A stretch of DNA of 63,156 nt, the filler included, from Aduncisulcus paluster (taxonomy: Eukaryota): assembly GCA_024181965.1 (NCBI GenBank). It is 15 parts of 15 records of this genome, joined end to end, with 100 filler letters (N's around TTAATTAATTAA, not from the genome) between each part and the next. Parts side by side here need not be neighbours in the genome. Positions count along the whole stretch, not along the records: positions 57,237 to 59,415 come from BQXS01010237.1; positions 59,516 to 61,639 come from BQXS01010238.1; positions 61,740 to 63,156 come from BQXS01010239.1; 12 more parts are not named here. One strand, written 5' to 3'. Under the pieces are notes generated by a model. It was given only the letters and a program-made list of their open reading frames with translations, did not search any database and was not told the DNA's origin. This document shows, one piece after another, positions 58,662 to 63,156 of the stretch. Every line of letters starts with the position of its first letter. The stretch's first letter is position 1. The translations under genes were made by a program, and so were the position numbers.

Positions 58662-59415
58662 ACAGCTAGAGCTTCTCTGTATGGTTCGAGCTTTCAGTAG
58701 ATCTTGAATTTCCTTCTCCAGAAAGTCTCGGTAAGCTCTGGGGATTCTCCTATTACTCCTGAGAGTAAAGTCAGCCCCCTCCTTCAACTCAATGTTCATA
58801 GGAGGTATCTTTTTTCCTCCTTCGACAGCAACTTTGCCTAACAGCTCTGACAAAACTTCCGTAAGTTCGTCCTGAAATTCACAACTAATGTGAACTTCAT
58901 GGTAAGTGCATAATTCATCCTTCCTAATGAATCGCCGATGATCCAACTCTTCTAACTCCCAACTGACGTCTTCGATCGTCTTGTGCTGTAAGCTAGGATG
59001 AGTCCTCATGTATCCAAATAAATCCAATTCTTGGATTAGTGGGAAACCTACCACCAAGTCATGAGATGATGATGATCTCATGGGCATTACGTAGGCTGAG
59101 AAGGCAAAGCACAAAGCTTTCCTCCCCGGTAACTCAGGAAACTCTGCCTTAAGTTTAACTTTCTTTTGCAGGTCCAAATTCGAACCATCCGCCAATTCCA
59201 ATGATATTGGCACCGAACTACTCCTGATAGACTGATTTTGCTGCAATCTATCAACCACCTTAAAACTAATAAAATTTTCTTCAGCTCCGGTATCCAAAAG
59301 AGTTTGTACAGAATGTTTAGCCTTATAATTATCACACCATAGGAACGTTGACAAACAAGGAGAAGCTGCTTTACTAGGGAGAGAAACAGCCTTAGCGGAT
59401 CTTCGTTTATCCGTT
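58662..59415 (-). mobile_element. Ty3/gypsy pol fragment: aspartic protease plus start of reverse transcriptase
   Basis: TLLDTGAEENFIS, HDLVVGFPLI and PPMNIELKEG..RRIP..FLEKEIQDLLKARTIQRSSS. Confidence 0.85.
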
Positions 59416-59515
59416 NNNNNNNNNNNNNNNNNNNNNNNNNNNNNNNNNNNNNNNNNNNNTTAATTAATTAANNNNNNNNNNNNNNNNNNNNNNNNNNNNN
59501 NNNNNNNNNNNNNNN

Positions 59516-59999
59516 AATTCTAGGACTTCAGAGGTTTTATGTTGGAGATTTCTGTATGGGTATTCTATACTTCTGCACTCTGGGTTTCTTTGGGATTGGA
59601 TGGATCATTGATCTCTGCATTATCCCTGGCAAAATCAGAGAGATGAACGCATTGCTAACACAACCCAAGACTGTCATTCATCAGACAGCTTACCAAGGCA
59701 CTTCTGCTCCTGTTGCTAGTGATCCTCTCCTTGCTCAATTTGTCCAGAGTTCTATCACACAACGGGCTGTTCAACAGTCACAGCAAGCACAAATGACCCA
59801 ACAGTTGCTTCATCAGCAGCAAGAGACGATCAAACAGGCACAGAAGGAGAAGGAATATCTCGCGAGACAAGCAAGAGAGAAAGAGGAACGTGAGAGGAAA
59901 GAAAAGGAAGACAAGGCAAAAGAAGAAAAGATCAGAGAGTCAATGCGACAAGAGTTCTTAATTCAACAGCAGCAACGAATGCTCCACCAATATCCTTAG
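59516..59999 (+). CDS. TM2-domain membrane protein with Gln-rich/coiled-coil tail, 5' truncated
   Basis: FLGLQRFYVG..GILYFCTLGFFGIGWIIDL matches the TM2 consensus. Confidence 0.85.
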
Positions 60000-60637
60000 A
60001 ATTTCTTTGTGTGTGTAAGGATGGGTAGCCTTATTAATGATTGTTGAATAAAATATGTCTCAATTCATTTTTTTGTTTAATATATGGATTTTTATTTCAT
60101 CAGAGTCGATTTTTGACCCTCGAAATCATTTCAAAATTTTCCAATTTCCCATATCTACCAATCAAGAACATTACGAACGAGAATAAAAACCAAATTGAAG
60201 ATCATATTGATAACGCAAGGAAATTTCCAAATGGATCTATTTTGTAAATGGTAATCCACTGATTTTCTGGAATCCTTTCTCCTTTTTGACGATTAAGACA
60301 AACCTAGCTTTGTTTTTTAGTTGGAATCTATCCGGATCTACTTCGACTATTTTATTTCCTTCTGCTTGGTCACTCGATTAATATTATTTTTTTTGCATAA
60401 TGGATCCAAAATCTATGTCTCTTCCTGATGATTCTCACCTCTCAAAGCGGTATTCTATTATTAGAGAAATTGGAAAAGGAGCTTATGGTGTTGTCTATAA
60501 GGCCAGGGATGTGCGGAACGGAAAGATTGTAGCCATCAAACGTTGCATCGGTGTGTTTCAGAATGAGCATGATGCCCAACGCTCGTATCGNNNNNNNNNN
60601 NNNNNNNNNNCTCGATTAATATTATTTTTTTTGCATA

Positions 60638-61639
60638 ATGGATCCAAAATCTATGTCTCTTCCTGATGATTCTCACCTCTCAAAGCGGTATTCTATTATT
60701 AGAGAAATTGGAAAAGGAGCTTATGGTGTTGTCTATAAGGCCAGGGATGTGCGGAACGGAAAGATTGTAGCCATCAAACGTTGCATCGGTGTGTTTCAGA
60801 ATGAGCATGATGCCCAACGCTCGTATCGTGAAATATATTATTTACGTTTATTGAAACATATTAACGTGATTCCTCTTTTGAATATTCATAAATCCTCCAA
60901 TCCCCACGATTTGTACCTGGTTTTCCCTTATATGGCTGCGGATCTGCATTCTGTGATTCGTCATAACATTATGCAGGAACAGCATATTGAATATGTGAGC
61001 TACCAGATGTTCCTTGCCGTGTCTTTCCTCCATAGTGGTGGGTTACTCCATCGTGACCTCAAACCCTCCAATATCCTCATTGGAAGCGATTCAATCATCA
61101 AGATATGCGACTTTGGCCTTGCTAGAGCATTGGTTAAGACCGAATCATCTGCCGACTTCCCCGCTGCTCTGATGACTGATTACATTGCTACGCGGTGGTT
61201 TAGAAGTCCTGAACTCCTCCTTGGGGACAAGAACTATGATGCTGCAATCGATATCTGGTCCTTAGGTTGCATTATAGCCGAGATGTTTCTCCAAAAGCCT
61301 CTGTTCCCAGGTCATAGTACTCTCAACCAACTTGCTCTCATCCTGAAGGTGATCGGACATCCCACTGACGAGGAAATCCATGCATGTGGCAGTCCCCATG
61401 CACGCACGATGCTGGATGCTCTCCCAGATTGTGTTCGAAAAGCTTCGCGGGTTACTCATGGATTCTCCCATATATCTCCAGCTGAATCTCCATCACTTGC
61501 CTCAATCAAAGAAAAGGGCCGTCCTTGTCTTGTACGTCCGAATACTACTGGTATCTTCTCAACACGATCCCCTCCCCTCTATTCCTCCTCTTCCTCTTCC
61601 TCTTCTCTTCCTGATATGTCATCATATCCGTCCAATTAC
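60638..61639 (+). CDS. MAP kinase, ERK7/MAPK15-like (TDY activation motif), 3' truncated; artefactual partial copy at 60400..60590
   Basis: IGKGAYGVV, DAQRSYREI, HRDLKPSN, DFGLAR and MTDYIATRWFRSPE. Confidence 0.92.
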
Positions 61640-62017
61640 NNNNNNNNNNNNNNNNNNNNNNNNNNNNNNNNNNNNNNNNNNNNTTAATTAATTAANNNNN
61701 NNNNNNNNNNNNNNNNNNNNNNNNNNNNNNNNNNNNNNNGAGTCTTGGAGCATTATGGTAATCCTTAGAATTACAACTTAATTCTTTCACAAACCAAATG
61801 TTTGACAAATAAGGCTATGAATATAAACTCCAACCCACCCGAACATAATCATCATCCCACAGCAACCAATTTCAGTCCCACCCTAATGACCCGTCACAAA
61901 CTTTCCTAATATATACTTTATTCCGCATTGGGTGATTTGGAACAATACGAACACCATAAATCTTTATTAGAATATGCTAATCACAATTGAATAAACCCCC
62001 CCGAGTCAAAAGAACAA

Positions 62018-62524
62018 TCATTCAACAGGATCTTTGGGCTTAACAAGAGATCCAAAAGTTTGAATTGCTGTCCTATATGACATTGGTCCAATACAAGTAA
62101 AACTATGACGTCCAATTCTTCTCACACGAGCGGTAATATTCTTTGAAAGGGCAAGAGATTGGATAGAAAGACATTCTCCTTCGCCAGATACTGTATTAAA
62201 TACAGTATGCATTCCATCTTGGAGCCATTTGACAGTTTTAGGTATTGATATGGTTACGAACATCATAGCATGAGCTACTACAGCATCAACTGCATCAGTC
62301 CATGCTTCATCAGGGGTAGATAATATTAACATCATTGAATCAGAATCTGATATAGGTTTGACTTGGTTAAGCATTCTTCTAAGCTTATATTTAGAAACAT
62401 TTCTCTTTCGTCTTGCTATTACTCTCTCAAACCATATAAATACACTGTATCCTATGAAAAAACCAACCAACAACATTGAAAAAACATATATGAAGTTATT
62501 ATTATGAGAGGATCCATCAGACAT
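62018..62524 (-). CDS. Membrane-anchored, degenerate peptidyl-tRNA hydrolase 2 (PTH2)-fold protein
   Basis: N-terminal TM followed by MMLILS..AVVAHA..KWLQDGMHTV..GEGECLSIQSLALSKNI..CIGPMS..TFGSL, collinear with PTH2. Confidence 0.55.
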   Translation of the reverse strand: MSDGSSHNNNFIYVFSMLLVGFFIGYSVFIWFERVIARRKRNVSKYKLRRMLNQVKPISDSDSMMLILSTPDEAWTDAVDAVVAHAMMFVTISIPKTVKWLQDGMHTVFNTVSGEGECLSIQSLALSKNITARVRRIGRHSFTCIGPMSYRTAIQTFGSLVKPKDPVE

Positions 62525-62888
62525 TGGATTTTCTCTCACAAACATTTTCTCATCAATGTCAAAAAAAACAATTTGCTCTTCTCCTACTTGCATCTATGTC
62601 TAATATTTATGTAATTTTAAGCAAGAAAACAGTTATTAATGTTACTTATGGTTGTCAAAATCCGAAAATGATTTTTCTAACAAAAATAACAAATAAATCA
62701 CTGATGAATGCATAAAATTTGAGATATCCATCTAAAATCATTATGAATATTTAATATACTATTTCTTTTTACTTTAAAGAAAGATAATTGGTGATAACAA
62801 CTCATAAAAGGGCGCCCCAAAATTAGATAAACCTGCACACCCAAAAAAATTTACAAACCATGAATATTCAGACGAAGAAGAGCCAAAA

Positions 62889-63156
62889 TTAAATTCCACC
62901 AGCGATCTCAGCCTTGGTTTCAGATTTCTCAGATTCAATCTTCTTTTCATGTTTTGATTCCGCCTCAGATTTCTCTTTCTTAGCCTTTTTCTCCTTTTCC
63001 TTCGTCTTATCTTTTTTGTGGAATAATCCTTTCTTCTCTTTCTTTTCCTTTGGTTCCTTCTCTTCCTCCTCATCCTCTTTCTCTTCCTTCTTCTTTCCCT
63101 TCTCCTTTTCTTTCTTTTCCTTTGTCTTCTTTTCCTTTGTCTTCTCTTTCTCTTTC
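62889..63156 (-). CDS. C-terminal Lys/Glu-rich low-complexity end of a protein (partial)
   Basis: The frame ...EKEDEEEEKEPKEKKEKKGLFHKKDK...KAEIAGGI* is open to the window edge; ORF 62774..63073 is the wrong frame. Confidence 0.65.
   Translation of the reverse strand, partial: KEKEKTKEKKTKEKKEKEKGKKKEEKEDEEEEKEPKEKKEKKGLFHKKDKTKEKEKKAKKEKSEAESKHEKKIESEKSETKAEIAGGI

Noticed and set aside
59516..59999. Functional link between the TM2 protein and the EGF surface proteins (Notch-like pathway)
   Set aside because: They are on different contigs; co-occurrence in this window is an artefact of concatenation.

Overview
This window is not one locus. It is 15 short contigs or scaffolds joined by an artificial 100-nt linker (N44-TTAATTAATTAA-N44), so neighbours across linkers are not biologically adjacent. 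Ten internal ~20-N gaps are each flanked by unmerged direct duplications. The DNA is from an AT-rich, gene-dense eukaryote with short GT-AG spliceosomal introns (mostly GTATGT donors). The expanded lineage-specific repeat families resemble, from memory, those of a free-living fornicate protist such as Aduncisulcus paluster; this is unverified inference. Housekeeping genes include a class-I pyridine nucleotide-disulfide oxidoreductase, zf-HIT, an NAD-dependent epimerase, a Ubc4-type E2, a CMTR1-like cap methyltransferase, a cyclin, a P4-ATPase, a DDX27-type helicase, an ERK7-like MAPK, a TM2 protein and tRNA-Glu(TTC). Expanded families include alpha-helical ~355-aa tandem-repeat proteins, LRR/EGF single-pass surface proteins and a kinase-LRR protein. 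Mobile DNA includes one open and two decayed CMC (CACTA/Plavaka-like) DDE transposases and a Ty3/gypsy nest (chromodomain end plus 3' LTR, protease-RT fragment, second LTR-like insert). The best leads are the CMC transposase family, the chromovirus nest, two probable pseudo-enzymes (CMTR1-like, PTH2-like), a bacterial-type oxidoreductase carrying an intron, a kinase with a ~300-aa activation-segment insert, and an unannotated multi-hairpin ncRNA candidate at ~46140-46330. I found no clear multi-gene novel system.
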